From: Pocillopora damicornis
Taxonomy: Eukaryota
Reading direction: 5' to 3'
Length of the DNA: 64,000 bases
NCBI RefSeq assembly: GCF_003704095.1
Contig: NW_020846214.1
Location: forward strand, 1 to 64,000
Shown here: piece after piece, positions 25,581 through 37,557 of the stretch
How positions within the stretch are numbered: the stretch's first letter is position 1
How the letters are laid out: the number at the start of each line of letters is the position of its first letter
Notes under the pieces: generated by a model
Told to the model about the DNA's origin: nothing
Seen by the model: the letters and a program-made list of their open reading frames with translations, nothing else
Databases searched by the model: none
Translations under genes and position numbers: made by a program

Positions 25581-26716
25581 ATGGGCATTTCACAATTTTT
25601 CAGACGTTTGAACTGCTTTGCTTCTGCTCAAAGAAACCAAAAGTCGAAGTAAGAATCATTTCGCGGACCTATTGAGTGCTCTTGTCTTACAACTTTATTT
25701 CTGTTGTTTTAACTCAATCGATTCTCTCTTGTCGCCCACAGGAGACAAATGGAAAAAGAACTCTCAAGCATGCAAGAGTTGATCAGAATACTTGAACAAG
25801 ATATCCAGATCACAAGGTGATGAAAACAGTAGAACTTTTATATTATTTGGGGATCTCGCAGTAACATTTGAAGGAAGTGAATAATTGACATTCGGAGTGA
25901 AGGATCCTCGCAATGTCCCTGTCACATTTAATTGTGCGCACAGTTTGGATATGAAATTAAGTTTTGCGTGCAAGTCGCCGAAGAGTTGGTTGTTTAAAAG
26001 TTCATTCAGTTGAGATAATAAACTTTAAATTTCTGTTTCTAAACAGGAATACTGTTGAGTTGTTCAAGCAGCGACAAAAAGTAGTGGAGGAGAAAGAAAA
26101 GATGAGAAGAGACACCAGATACAATCTGATGGCTCAAGTCGAGGAGATTGAGAGTGAACTGGGACAAGCATTGGAAGAGCGCAAGGAGCTGATGTCACTT
26201 ATTATGTAAGTAGGACTTTAAAAAAAATGCAAGTAGGACTTAGGTGTATTTAACTCTGAAAATGTAACGAGTGAATGAATGGATGGAGCGACAGGATGAG
26301 ATGAGACGGAATGGGAAAGTCAGGGTCGAAGTAATTCTAAGAAACCCCTTAGTCATACTGACAACAAGCGTTAATACATTACTTTTTCTCTCCACAGTGA
26401 GTGCGGAATTCGAAAAACAGCCCTGGAAAAAGATGTTCAAGCGATGGAAAAGAAGGCGGAGTTTTTCTGGGAAGATCTGTATGATCCATTTCCAGTTTCC
26501 AAAACGAGCGCCAAAACATGGCAGGAGAATCTGCGTCCTGTGCGTTCAACGAGCGACCTGAACAAGGCGGTGCTTAAGCCACCCCTGTGTTTTGCACAGG
26601 ACGCAGATGATCTCCAAGTGTGGGATGTACCTTATGATGCGAGTGACGACGAACTCTTTGCAGAAAGACTCAGAAATGAAGTTTTAATCACAAAAAGCAA
26701 AGAAACCTTCGTTTAA
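25581..26716 (+). CDS. Uncharacterised 206-aa coiled-coil protein, paralog B (4 exons)
   Basis: Exons 25581-25648, 25742-25816, 26047-26205, 26398-26716. GT-AG introns, open frame MGISQFFRRLNCFASA...KSKETFV*. AATAAA at ~26846. Confidence 0.85.
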
Positions 26717-27314
26717 AAGGAAACATTATGAAAAGCGAATCTGTTGAAGTTGTAAATGAAGCTTTTAAATTTGACAATGTCCTTTGGACATTTCTTTCGG
26801 TTGGCCTGTACATTTGAGATAAAGCATCACCCTTATTGAAAGGAAAATAAACTGATTTCAAAAGCAAATGTGTTTATGACGTGTATAATTGTGTCCCATG
26901 TTTTGGGTAATGACACGGAGCTCAATCAGGTCGCAGCTTGAAAAGGTATGAAAATCTAACTTGATTTCCAGTAAATTCAGTTACAAAGGACCCTTGCGGC
27001 TCTGTAATACCCTTGATCGAATTTCTTCCAAGGTATTCATATCAGCATTGCAATTTACAACGCATCCATCTACCATCTTAGAATGAAAATTTTCTGAAGG
27101 TCGGAAAATGTTTAAGCACATTTGTTGAATCCCTCTCGAATATCCAAGATTAAATTATTCAGGGTTTGCAACTGAAAAAATGAGGAAACATAAGGCATTG
27201 ACCGACTGCAAAATGAAAGATGGCCAGGAACACGAAGAATACTTCATCTAACACAGCAGCAAGGCTCAGATAATTGAAGACAAATGCTTTGCTTGGTGTA
27301 GCAGTAGATCGCCT

Positions 27315-27521
27315 TTAACCTTTTACACCCTGATATCAGTGTTCTCCTTACTGTTCTCTATACGTTTCCTTAGGTGCTGACAAGGAGAATTTGTTGAATA
27401 ATCAAGAGCTTCCTTAGTTAGTGATCATATCCTTTATTTTCATTATGTTAATGCCTTTTTTCAGGGGTGATATTATAAGGAGAAATTAGATGCTGGTCAG
27501 TCTTAGGGGTCAGAGGGTTAA
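27315..27521 (+). mobile_element. TTAA-flanked ~205-bp MITE (piggyBac-type ends), family 1
   Basis: TTAACC...GGGTTAA ends; internal GCTGACAAGGAGAATT. Further copies at ~34112-34314, 40198-40394, 41373-41470 (truncated) and 44839-45053. Confidence 0.8.
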
Positions 27522-28904
27522 GGTCATTCACCTTCGTTCTTGAGAGTCATGGTCACTGTGGCTCAACTGATGTGCCAGTTAATGGTAGAAAAAAATAAGT
27601 GCGTGCCGGAAAATTTACTAACAAATAAGTTCCACAACAAACTTTATTGATAAGATTTCCAAAATTAAGCACCTGAAATCACAGACTGAAAGAGCAATTT
27701 CAGTTCCTTTACCACTTTTATATTCCTTTAAACATCAGACTTACAAAAATATAACTTAACAACACGGTGAGACTTGGAGCCAGTAATTGTAGGACACTGA
27801 TTTCATTGGACTCCAGTAAGTAGAATGATTATAGTTATTGTCTATTAATCAATCCTAATACAAGCCCTAATATAATCCTCTTTTTCATGAAAAAACATAT
27901 TCATATCATTGATTGCAAAAATTCATGAAAGAAATCTAAGTCACCAAAATAAAATATAGAAATGAAAATGTTTGCTGGCATTTCTTTGTGAATAACATGC
28001 AAATTTCCAAAGTAACACAGTCAAACTTTCCTGAGGACAAACTGCAGAGTACAATACTTAATTTCAGCCCTCCGAGTTCCTGATATTTCTCTCAAAGATT
28101 GCATACTTATCATCAAAATTAAGGTCATGCCTGGCACCTCAAGCTCTACACCTAGTGGCATTTTAACATGGAAATATAAAATGGAGATATAACAACATTT
28201 CTGAAAAAAAAATATTAAAAAAAATTCCAACATTTCTTTTTAGAGGCTTGTAATTACTAACAACAAAACATCTTTGTTGGTTAATGACAATGAGTCTCCA
28301 AGAATTCCACATGTCTGAACATTTCACTTTACATCCTGTCTTTTTTAATGTCTATTAATTAAACTTGAGTCTTTATCACCTTGTTACAACAAACAAAAAA
28401 TTAAGCCCCTTGGACTAGGCATCACCTTCACCAATGCCTGAAAAGTCATCAAATACAGTTATCATCCTAATGATTATTAAGAACTACTGTGTGTTGAGAT
28501 GTTGACATCACATCCCAATATATGAATAAAACATTTTTAAAGTTTAACTATACATCCAATTGTTTCTAAAACATATACTAATACATCTTAAAGTTCATAT
28601 GATATGAAATCTTTTGTTTGCAATATTTGAGGTTCGAGTCTGAATTTGCTCCACATTACTGTGTGGTAAGATATCCATTTTATCCTCTCCTATTCACTGT
28701 AATGTATTGCAATGTCTAACTGCTAAGTAAAGGGGGAAAAGAAAAGATAGTTATGATTCATAATTTTAGTTGCCCTTGTTCCTCAAAAATGGAGACTATT
28801 CTCTAAAAAATTCTCGGTTCTGAGGTGCTGAAATTCAGGACTATATCTTCTATGATGAATAACAAAAAAAATCATTTCATAATCATGTACTTTAAAAGCA
28901 TGGG

Positions 28905-31166
28905 TCAAGATGGTCTTGGTCGCAGAATAAGTCTTCCCTTCTGAAATGAAAGAAGAGGACATTCAATAAAATGGTACACATTGTAATCCACATTATTACC
29001 TTCCAAAGAGCATGCATGAAGTAAAGTGTATACTTATCTCTAAGTCTGTCAGAATTTGAGACTTTTTAAAAAAAGAGAATGAAAGGTATGGACACCCGAT
29101 TAATGATCTTCAAAAAAAAAATTAAAACTTCCCTTTCCTTTTTTTTCGGTCCAGGTTATTGGTCTTGTTCTTGCTTTAAAGGTAATGTCAAATTGTAATA
29201 CATAATGATTATCAACAGTAATAATGACTCTACAAGGAGCCTTTTAACACAATTAAAATTGCGCTTGTCTTCCAAGTTCAACATTACTGTTTGTTGTCCA
29301 ATATCAAGAAAACAAAACAATTTTAACTGCCTAAAAAAAGGTTTAAAAAATCACATTCACCACTTTACTGAATAACAAAGCCATTGAAAACTAAAGATCT
29401 TACCTCATCACAGGACATGTTATAATCCTCTAAAACTACTCTTGTTCTTGCTAAAATTCTATTGCACACAAGTTAAAGAAACACAAACGAAATACAAGGG
29501 TCCAACAACTGTGGATGGGAAACCTCCATGTATTGCATGCAGGACAATTGTTTATAACTAACACATGATTCTGGAAAAGCTCCTCTTCCCTCTACATCAC
29601 AAAAATAGGGTAAACAAATTGTCAGGGTTGTCAAAAAGATTAAAAAAAAAAAAAGATTTTCTGTCTTTTTTTGGAAACTCTGAATGGTGCTCTGGTGGCA
29701 GTTGCTTGACTCCTGTAGGGAGAGGTAGGTATATTCCCTAAGAGAGGTATATTTATGAAACAATAATTTTTCAATCCTCACCATTGATAAAAGTTTACGC
29801 AAAGTGGTAATACTGACCATGTTTTGATATTCTAATGAGTAACTTAACCCTTTTAAAATTGTCCTGAAATGTGCTGAAATTTGTCTACAGACCATGCCAC
29901 ATTGAATCTTGCATGGTTATCTGGCCGCCAAAAAGGGAGACTTTGCTATGCTGGGGACATTGCTGAGTAAAATAGTTTTACTGATACAAATATTTTATGC
30001 AAAAGTTTGAACTCTAAGATTCCAGAGAAGGATACATTTGAGGTGCCATAACTCTTCTATGAATTCCCAGCATAAATAAAATGAATAAATTACAGCAACT
30101 GATTGTGAAAAATTTATGATGCCACAGATACTGCAGTAGTGAAGGATGCTGCAAACAAGGTCATAAAAGCAAACAGGTTATACTGACTTTTTTCAGCGAG
30201 GAAGGTCAAAGGCTTGATGGATAATTCTTACTTACAATATTTATAACCTAAACATAAATCATATAATCCAAATTGTTACAGTTGCGAAAACACATTTCAA
30301 AGGTGCTTGGTCTATGCAGTCAATGGTCCAATCAGCCATGTGTCCTTCCCATTGAGCAAGGATAATTTCCAATTAAAAAAAAAGTACACATTGTCACATT
30401 GTCTTTTCTCTGATAGAAGCTGCTCCGACTTTCTTGATGGTGTGCTTTCTTAGCAGGGTGATCATATATTCTTCATGATTATGAAATATTGGTTGTAATT
30501 TAAAAGAGGGCATGCAAGAATTATGAATTTTTTGATCAGCCAAAATGAGAGTTCTGCACAACATGTGACAATTGCCAGATATGATATGAAAAACCCAATT
30601 AAAATTGTGAACTTGCTAATTTGCATGGATTTTCACAGTGTCAAACCTACATGTTGATTATCTGTGATTAATCCCCAGGCTCCTGCAGCGGTTGCAACTG
30701 ACGACAGAACAAGAATAACTGCAAAACAATTAAAAAATTGGTCAGACTTAATTTACATCGAGGCGGAATTTTCAAGTTGAAGGATTCGCCGAGACAATTA
30801 ACACCCCTAACTGTCATATTCTTCTGAGCATTACAACACGTTCAGAAACATTCAGGACCAATTTTACATCGCGCATATTTTTACCATAACTTGGACAATC
30901 AGAAAAGATACTTAACCTTAAATATTGATCAGAAATACGCTTTAAAACTGTGAGTTCGATTTTAAAAGACTTACGTCTCCATTTGCCGGTTTGTGGACCT
31001 AAACATTGCACGTACTCCGTGAGTCTTCGTTCAAATGCTTTCAGATCTGCAAACAAGCGGAGACATTTGCGGGAAACGGGAAATCCTCACTCAATTTTTC
31101 ATAACATCAAAGGTGAAGTGAATATTCTGCAAGTCACTTACCTTCGGTAACTTGCTGGCTCGCCAT
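28905..31166 (-). CDS. CNEP1R1: Nuclear envelope phosphatase-regulatory subunit 1 (TMEM188/Spo7 family), 6 exons, 122 aa
   Basis: Exons 31166-31142, 31046-30975, 30718-30651, 30148-30036, 29458-29404, 28940-28905 give [32 protein letters not shown]...[40 protein letters not shown], matching the family signature end to end. Confidence 0.95.
29459..30035 (-). other. U12-type (minor spliceosome) GT-AG intron in CNEP1R1
   Basis: Donor GTATCCTT (30035-30028). Branch-site-like TTCTTTAAC lies just upstream of the acceptor AG, and there is no polypyrimidine tract. Confidence 0.85.
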
Positions 31167-31300
31167 GACAGAACTTCCATTTCTTTCATCACCACAACGC
31201 ATGCTCAACATTTGCCGGTAGATTTTTGAGCCCACAAGTGTGATTGGACAGAGAAGTATAATCCTGGCGCACGCGCTCTGCGAGGCACCGAGAATCCAAG
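31167..31300. promoter_or_regulatory. Bidirectional promoter CNEP1R1/ATP5F1E
   Basis: 134 bp between divergent ATGs; ATTGG (reverse CCAAT) at ~31243; NRF1-like GCGCACGCGC at 31267-31276. Confidence 0.7.
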
Positions 31301-32666
31301 ATGGTGTCGTACTGGAGGCAGGCTGGTCTAAGGTAAGGATATCTTTGATGGTTTTGGTTCGTTTGTTAATTTCAAGAGAGGGAAACATGCAAATACTCTT
31401 GTTTAACTATCCTGTTTGGTTGTATTCGGAAAGTAACAAATATTTGGTCGGTATTATGTGAAATTTAACGACTAATATTTGCCTTATGACGTTAAAGAAT
31501 TTGTAACCCTCTATCATAGTTCATACTACAAGAATCCCTCTGCTTACAAATACGATACTCCTATGTCACACTTTTTGGCATGGGTTAGAATGATAAAAGC
31601 TTGGTGTCTTACCAGGTAGGCTTGGGCAAAAATTTTCCCAAAAGTGGGTTGTACTGGTAAACAATGAAGACGTAGAATTGAGATTGCTCTATTGATGGAA
31701 AAAGATTAGACAATGTTCCCACCCTTGAGATGAAAGAACCTCAGAGAAATATCTCGATCGTTTGATTGCGGATCTTTTTACATCAGAACGATGTCTCCTT
31801 TTAAATCATCTCAGATCCTGATGCACCAGTGGAAATTATACATTTCTCAGGTTTTTTTGAATGCCAAGTAAACATTAATTAAGTGAGGAATTATTTGTGT
31901 TGCCAGCCTTCTTTGTTTGTGTAATAATGTACCTATCACTTTCCAGCCTGAAGGAAGGTGATGATGTTTTATATGCTAAAGTGTTTAACAAATAAGTCAT
32001 TATTTTTTTCCTTTGTAGTTACTTGAACTATTCATCTATCTGTGCAAGGCTGGTTAGAAGATGTCTTAAGCCAGAATTACGAGTAGAGGCTCTGAAACGT
32101 GAAGATTCTCTTATGAAGTCTGTTAAATGGGAGGGTGGCAAGCAAGCTGGGCAAGCAAGTTAGTTGTAGTTTCTTTAGCTGACGCTATATTAGGAGATTT
32201 TATGTCCTAGTTGCAGCAAATTTGATCAGCAGGAAGATTGTGTAGGTATTCTCCTTTACAAGATTTGGTTCTTCAATTTTTGCCTGGATCTCACTTTCAA
32301 AAGTCCATGGATATAATTTGGGTGATTTGCAGTAGTGAGTGAAGAGAATTTACAGGAACAGGCATCAGACCAGTACCAGGGAATTTTTTTAACAGTCATC
32401 TGCCTTTTATTTTGCCAATTGCAGTGCACTGGGAATATTAGGTGGCTTTTTTTTGGCCATTAGGGCTGACATACCAAGGTGCCTTGTGTATCACAGGCTC
32501 TCATTATTTATCAGTTAATTTATGATAGAAGCATAAAATGCTATCATTACAATTAGCTTGTGGTGTGACAAGGCAGCATAGAAATACTGTATGACATTTC
32601 AGTGTTATTGATATATGAATTTACATATGTTATATATTTATACTTACAGAAACTATCAGCCAGTGA
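31301..32666 (+). CDS. ATP5F1E: Mitochondrial ATP synthase F1 subunit epsilon
   Basis: Exon 31301-31332 plus exon 32019-32158: MVSYWRQAGLSYLNYSSICARLVRRCLKPELRVEALKREDSLMKSVKWEGGKQ. Probable short last exon 32650-32666 and AATAAA at 32782; otherwise the frame stops at 32163. Missed by the ORF track. Confidence 0.92.
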
Positions 32667-34851
32667 TGACAGAAGGAGTTCTTCAACATTTACTTGAGTG
32701 TCTAAAATGGTTTAAGACTGAATGTTGTGTGAAGATTTCAATCTCTAGCATTCTTGAAGGATTGAATGTAACCTTTTTTTGAATAAATATTGTGACAAAA
32801 GATTGGTGTGTGCCTTGTTTCATTAAATTAGGTATACAAACAAGTTTCTTTCCAGTTCCTTCATCTTAACACCACCAAGGAGTAATGCCCCATGGGGTGC
32901 TGATCCATCACAGGTTACCCCCCCTTCTTTCCAAGTTTGTAATAGAGGAGTAGCCATGGAGTTTTGGGTGTGCAGAGCTGGTCTTTAAACCTGGTGGCAA
33001 TTTGGAACTCAATGCTACTCTCATTATGCTGAAAAAGAAGTGCGGTGCCATACGAGACAGCAACCATGTCCAGCCATTGGTGAAATTGTAACTTAAAATA
33101 AACATTCACTTTTAAAGCGATGTCTACCTTGGCCTTGCTGTCCTGACTATTTAAGGTCCCTAGATGAGAGGAGCAATAACTAGAAAAACCTTTCTTATGT
33201 GGGTTACACATTTGCTATGGAATCTGGGATAAGTCATGGCAAAGTCAGCCATTTGAGTTCCCTAAAGGCCCTATGAACTAATGTTTTTAAGTGAGAAGTG
33301 GTGTCTTATTGAAAACTTGCCTCCAACTAATCCTCACTCAAACTCAATAACTCAATCACCTTCTTACTTTTTAAAATTGTCTTTCTTTTCTTCATTGTTG
33401 GAATTTTTCTGTTCTCAATTTGAAAGAGAAAGAGAAACTTAGGTTGATTTTGGAATTGTCTGGAAAACATGGAGCTAGGAAGGTAATAAAATATAGAATG
33501 AGTCTTAAAATCATGGCACCTGAGAAGTAAAATGGAGACAAACTAAGTTGTGTGACTAAGGGAAAACATTACATTCTCTAGCCAATTGATGTGGTAAGAT
33601 ACTCTTTTATTTCAATATTTTCTTTATTTTGGAACTGATTAAAAATTGCTGATAACTGAAGTCTTCCACAATGATAATATTTTAAAACTATTTTAATTAA
33701 TCAAAAATGTAATTACTAAGTTACTAAAAGATGTGCCTGTAGTTATGAATAATACCAGTGTGTGAAAATTACAGAGAATGTATACATCAAACTGTATTCA
33801 CTCTCAACATGCAAAATATAGTGGTCTGCCACTTAGTCTGGGGTTTCCAAAACTTTTACTAAAGGGCTGTAAGGAGAAACAAAAACATGAGAGCCAGCAT
33901 GCAAGCTAAACAGACAGTGGTAAGGTCTTCTATACAGTGGCAAACCGCTACTTTGATAAAACTCCTGCTTGGCTGTTTATCTTTCCTTTGAGATGAATAA
34001 TTTAAAATCACAACCACATGAATCACACTGGCAAACAAAAATGGAAAAATTCTGTAATAAATAGTGACAAAGGAAATTGTCTGGACTAAAACACAAACTG
34101 CCATTGATTAGTTAAGCCTTTCACCCTAAGACCAGTATACAAGTTCTCCATACTGTTTTCCATAGATTTCCAATGTTGCTGACAAGGAGAATTTCACGAT
34201 CAAGAGCCTTTTTAGTTGATCATTTCCTTGATTCTTGTGTCCTTAATGTGTGATTCAGGAGTAATATTGTAGGGTAAAAATTGGATGCTAGTCATTCTGA
34301 GAGGTCAAAGGGTTCCAGAAAAGAATGCAGTAAAAATTATTACCTAGTAGGTCACTCTAATAGTGTATTCAAACCAGAAATGTCTTTTCGTAAGGTAATG
34401 TATGAATGAACAAAATCTTTGCATGAGTTACTTTTAATTCTTCACACTGTTTTTCATTTAATGGTAAGGTATCTCTTAAATCTGCTTCTTATAATTCTAT
34501 CAAATATGTTTTTTAGTGTTCACAGCTTTGACATAACATTATCTCTTCACAATTCCATCATAACTCAGAATGCTGGTCACAGTTTTTCCAACACTGATTA
34601 GCACTGAGTATCAAATATTTGCTAATTAGGGCATGACTTCTCATGACCCAAATGCTGCTAATTCAACTCCAATGATACATTCAACAAAGTTCAAAATAAC
34701 AGTAATAAGCCTATTCCTAATCAACAGTAATTCTTTAAATTTAGGAAAAATATTCAAGTATTTATGGAAACTCAACCTTCTGTTACATGTCATTAGTCAT
34801 TTTGTGGTATGACATTTAATAGTGCCAAACACACACCAACTTGCCTCTTAC

Positions 34852-37283
34852 TTAAAAGAAACTAATGGCTGATTTTGCAGTTTCTCTGAGTCTCTCAACA
34901 GCTTCCTCTGAGACACGAAGACAGCCTTCAATACCAAGATGTGTCAAATAAGGCAGTTCATTCAAAACACTTTCAATACTAGCATCAGTGATTGACATAC
35001 AACCAGTCAGACTCATGTCTGTCAACCCTTTTAAATGCCCAACAGCTTGCTTGATCCCTGCATCAGTGATAAGATTTGAACCCAGATCAAGTTCTTCTAG
35101 GTTTGAGAGAGATTCAGATGCCTTTATTAGACCTCTGTCTGTTATTTTACATCCTTCAACACCAAGAGATACCAGCTTAGGCAAATGTCTGCTGACATAA
35201 ACAAACCCTTGATCTGTTACTTTGGTCTGGTCTAATGTCAGCTGCTTGAGTTCCTTCAGGTATTTTCCCACCTCACAAACACCTGATGAGACAAAATCAT
35301 CACACAATTAACCCTTTGATTCCCAAGATCAGATGGTTAATTCTCCCCACTAACTTCTACGCATTTCCTGGTAACTTAGTAGTGAGATCTTTGAGTTAAA
35401 TCAAGATGATAGCTTCTTCCTGATAAGCTTCATTATTCTCATTACCTGTTTGCTGAATAATCTATGAACATTGTTGGGAGAACTTAAATGTAATTCACTT
35501 CTGGGAGTTAACAGTTTTAAAAGAAGTAATTGGTTGAGTTTATCTAGCTGTTCAATGGTTCTTAAATAATGAAGTGATGAGGAGTTCTGCTGCTCCTTTC
35601 AGATGGAAACATAGTCCATTGTGTGACATTCCCTAGCCCCTCTCCTTCATTCCATGTGGCTTCCTTGATATTCACTGGTATCAATTGATACTCGATGATA
35701 ACACAGACACTGGGATAATAAATGCCCAAGAACCCAAACCACATGACATTCTGGTGCAGTGAGCATTGAGTAACCACAGTATTCCAAATTAGAAACAAAT
35801 CTAGCGAAACAGATTTTAATACATAGTTTAATTCTTCCATTGATTTACCTTTGTTTGAAACACGCCTGCAGTAGGACAAATTCAAATGCTGCAATTGAGT
35901 CAAGTTGAAGGCAAGAATTGCAACACCTGCATTTGTCACTCCACAACAATCCATCAAATCAAGACTTGTCAGATTCTTCATGAAATTTGCAATGTATTTC
36001 ACTCCCACATTTGTGAGTTTGGAATGAGATGACAATATCAAAGACTTCAAATCCTTTAAAAATGGAGCCATCCGTGCCATGCCATCATTACTTATTTCGC
36101 AGTGTCTCAGGTCCAATGTCTTCAAATGAGTCAATTTGCTGGCAATTATTGCAACTCCTCGGTCTGCTAACTTTTGACTGCTGAGTGACAATGACTCAAG
36201 ATTCTGCAAGTGGGAGCCAATGAGATCTGCAGTGCTGTCACTGATTGTTTCCACATACCCAACATCCAACACCTTCAAATTTGGCAGGCTTTTTATCAGT
36301 GTGTGTATAGCAGAGTCACTGATGCCATCGCAGAAGTCAAATGCTAAACATCTCAGCTCTGTTAGCTTGGAAATATCCAAGAACATATTTTCAATGTCTT
36401 GAACATTGTTTGCAAAATGCATGTGATCACCACCACCAAAAGACAAGTGTTTGATTTTATTCAAGTGCTTTGTCACATGGCCAATACCATCACTTGTCAC
36501 AAATGGACAATCCTTGACATCCAAAAAGGTGACACAAGGCAGGTTCTTTGCCACTAATTCAACTGCAACATCAGTTATCCCATGACTCCATTTAAAATCA
36601 AGAACAGATAAGTCTTTCAGATTCTCCACTACAAAACGGATACCAAGCACAGTAACCCAGTCACAGCCCCGTAAACTAAGCTGTGACACTTTAGGGCAGC
36701 AGTGTGCAAGTGTCTTGAGACATCCATCGGTAAGGCCTTCACACCATGTTAAATCTAGCACTTCCAGTTCACTTAAGTGCTTGATAAAACCTTGGAAACC
36801 AGTCTCAGTGATGTTGTCGCAATCTTCTAAAGTGAAACTTTTCAACTTCTTGAGTTGTGGACCACAAGCTTCTAAGACACTGTCCGATAACCGTCCACAT
36901 CTCCTGAAGGAAAGATGTTGCAGTTGGTGTAATTTGGGAATTTCAGATTTGAGGAACACCTCACTAACCTGAGGGCATCCGCCTAAATTCAAATGAGTAA
37001 TCTCCGGCAGATGAGTAAAAAGAATTGACAAGTCCTTACTGTTCGCTCTAGAACAGTTCACCTTTCTTATTCTTCGCTTGCTCAAACTTTTGACGAGCGC
37101 CACGGAACATTCCAAAGGTAGAACTATTGTTATCCCACGCCATAACGACGGAAGGTAGGACACTTTATACCACAAACGGCACACTTGAGCGGCAGTTTGC
37201 TTCTCTGACACGTCCAGAAACGAAAAGACAAGCGCTGCAATATCTGGAATAAGAGGGCCTTGATGATCCACAGAAATATTCAT
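34852..37283 (-). CDS. F-box/LRR-repeat protein, FBXL14-like, 2 exons, ~621 aa
   Basis: F-box LIPDIAALVFSFLDVSEKQTAAQVCRLW...SLWRG, then many cysteine-containing LRRs; exons 37283-35849 and 35282-34852 join in frame. Confidence 0.9.
35308..35520. mobile_element. TTAA-flanked MITE family 2 in the FBXL intron
   Basis: TTAACCCTTT start and TTAA end; an opposite-orientation relative lies at ~46892-47085 (AACTCCCAGAAGTGA). Confidence 0.65.
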
Positions 37284-37557
37284 TATGTCTTCTTGTCTTT
37301 AATCTCCGGTATTTTCTGCACAGAAACGGTATGCAAAAGAAGAGGAAGCTATGCTTTAACCATGGTCTCCATGTGATATCTCCCGGGGGCAACGCTTTCT
37401 TTCTGTCAAAAAATATTCATACACGAACCATTCAGTTGTTTAGAAGAATGAAACATGGTGGTTGCTCATAACTAAGGAGCCGGGCGGTGTTTCGAATGAG
37501 GGACTGGTATCGAACCACCGAAGTTGTCCGAACTTTGACGAACTCACCATTTTCAAA

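Noticed and set aside
35562-35848. C-terminal part of the 573-aa ORF
   Set aside because: Intron read-through; LRR periodicity resumes in the exon starting at 35282
37462-37557. N-terminal extensions of PSMG4 (and of UBE2QL1, 55505-55606) in the ORF track
   Set aside because: They start at non-ATG codons; strong-context ATGs lie downstream
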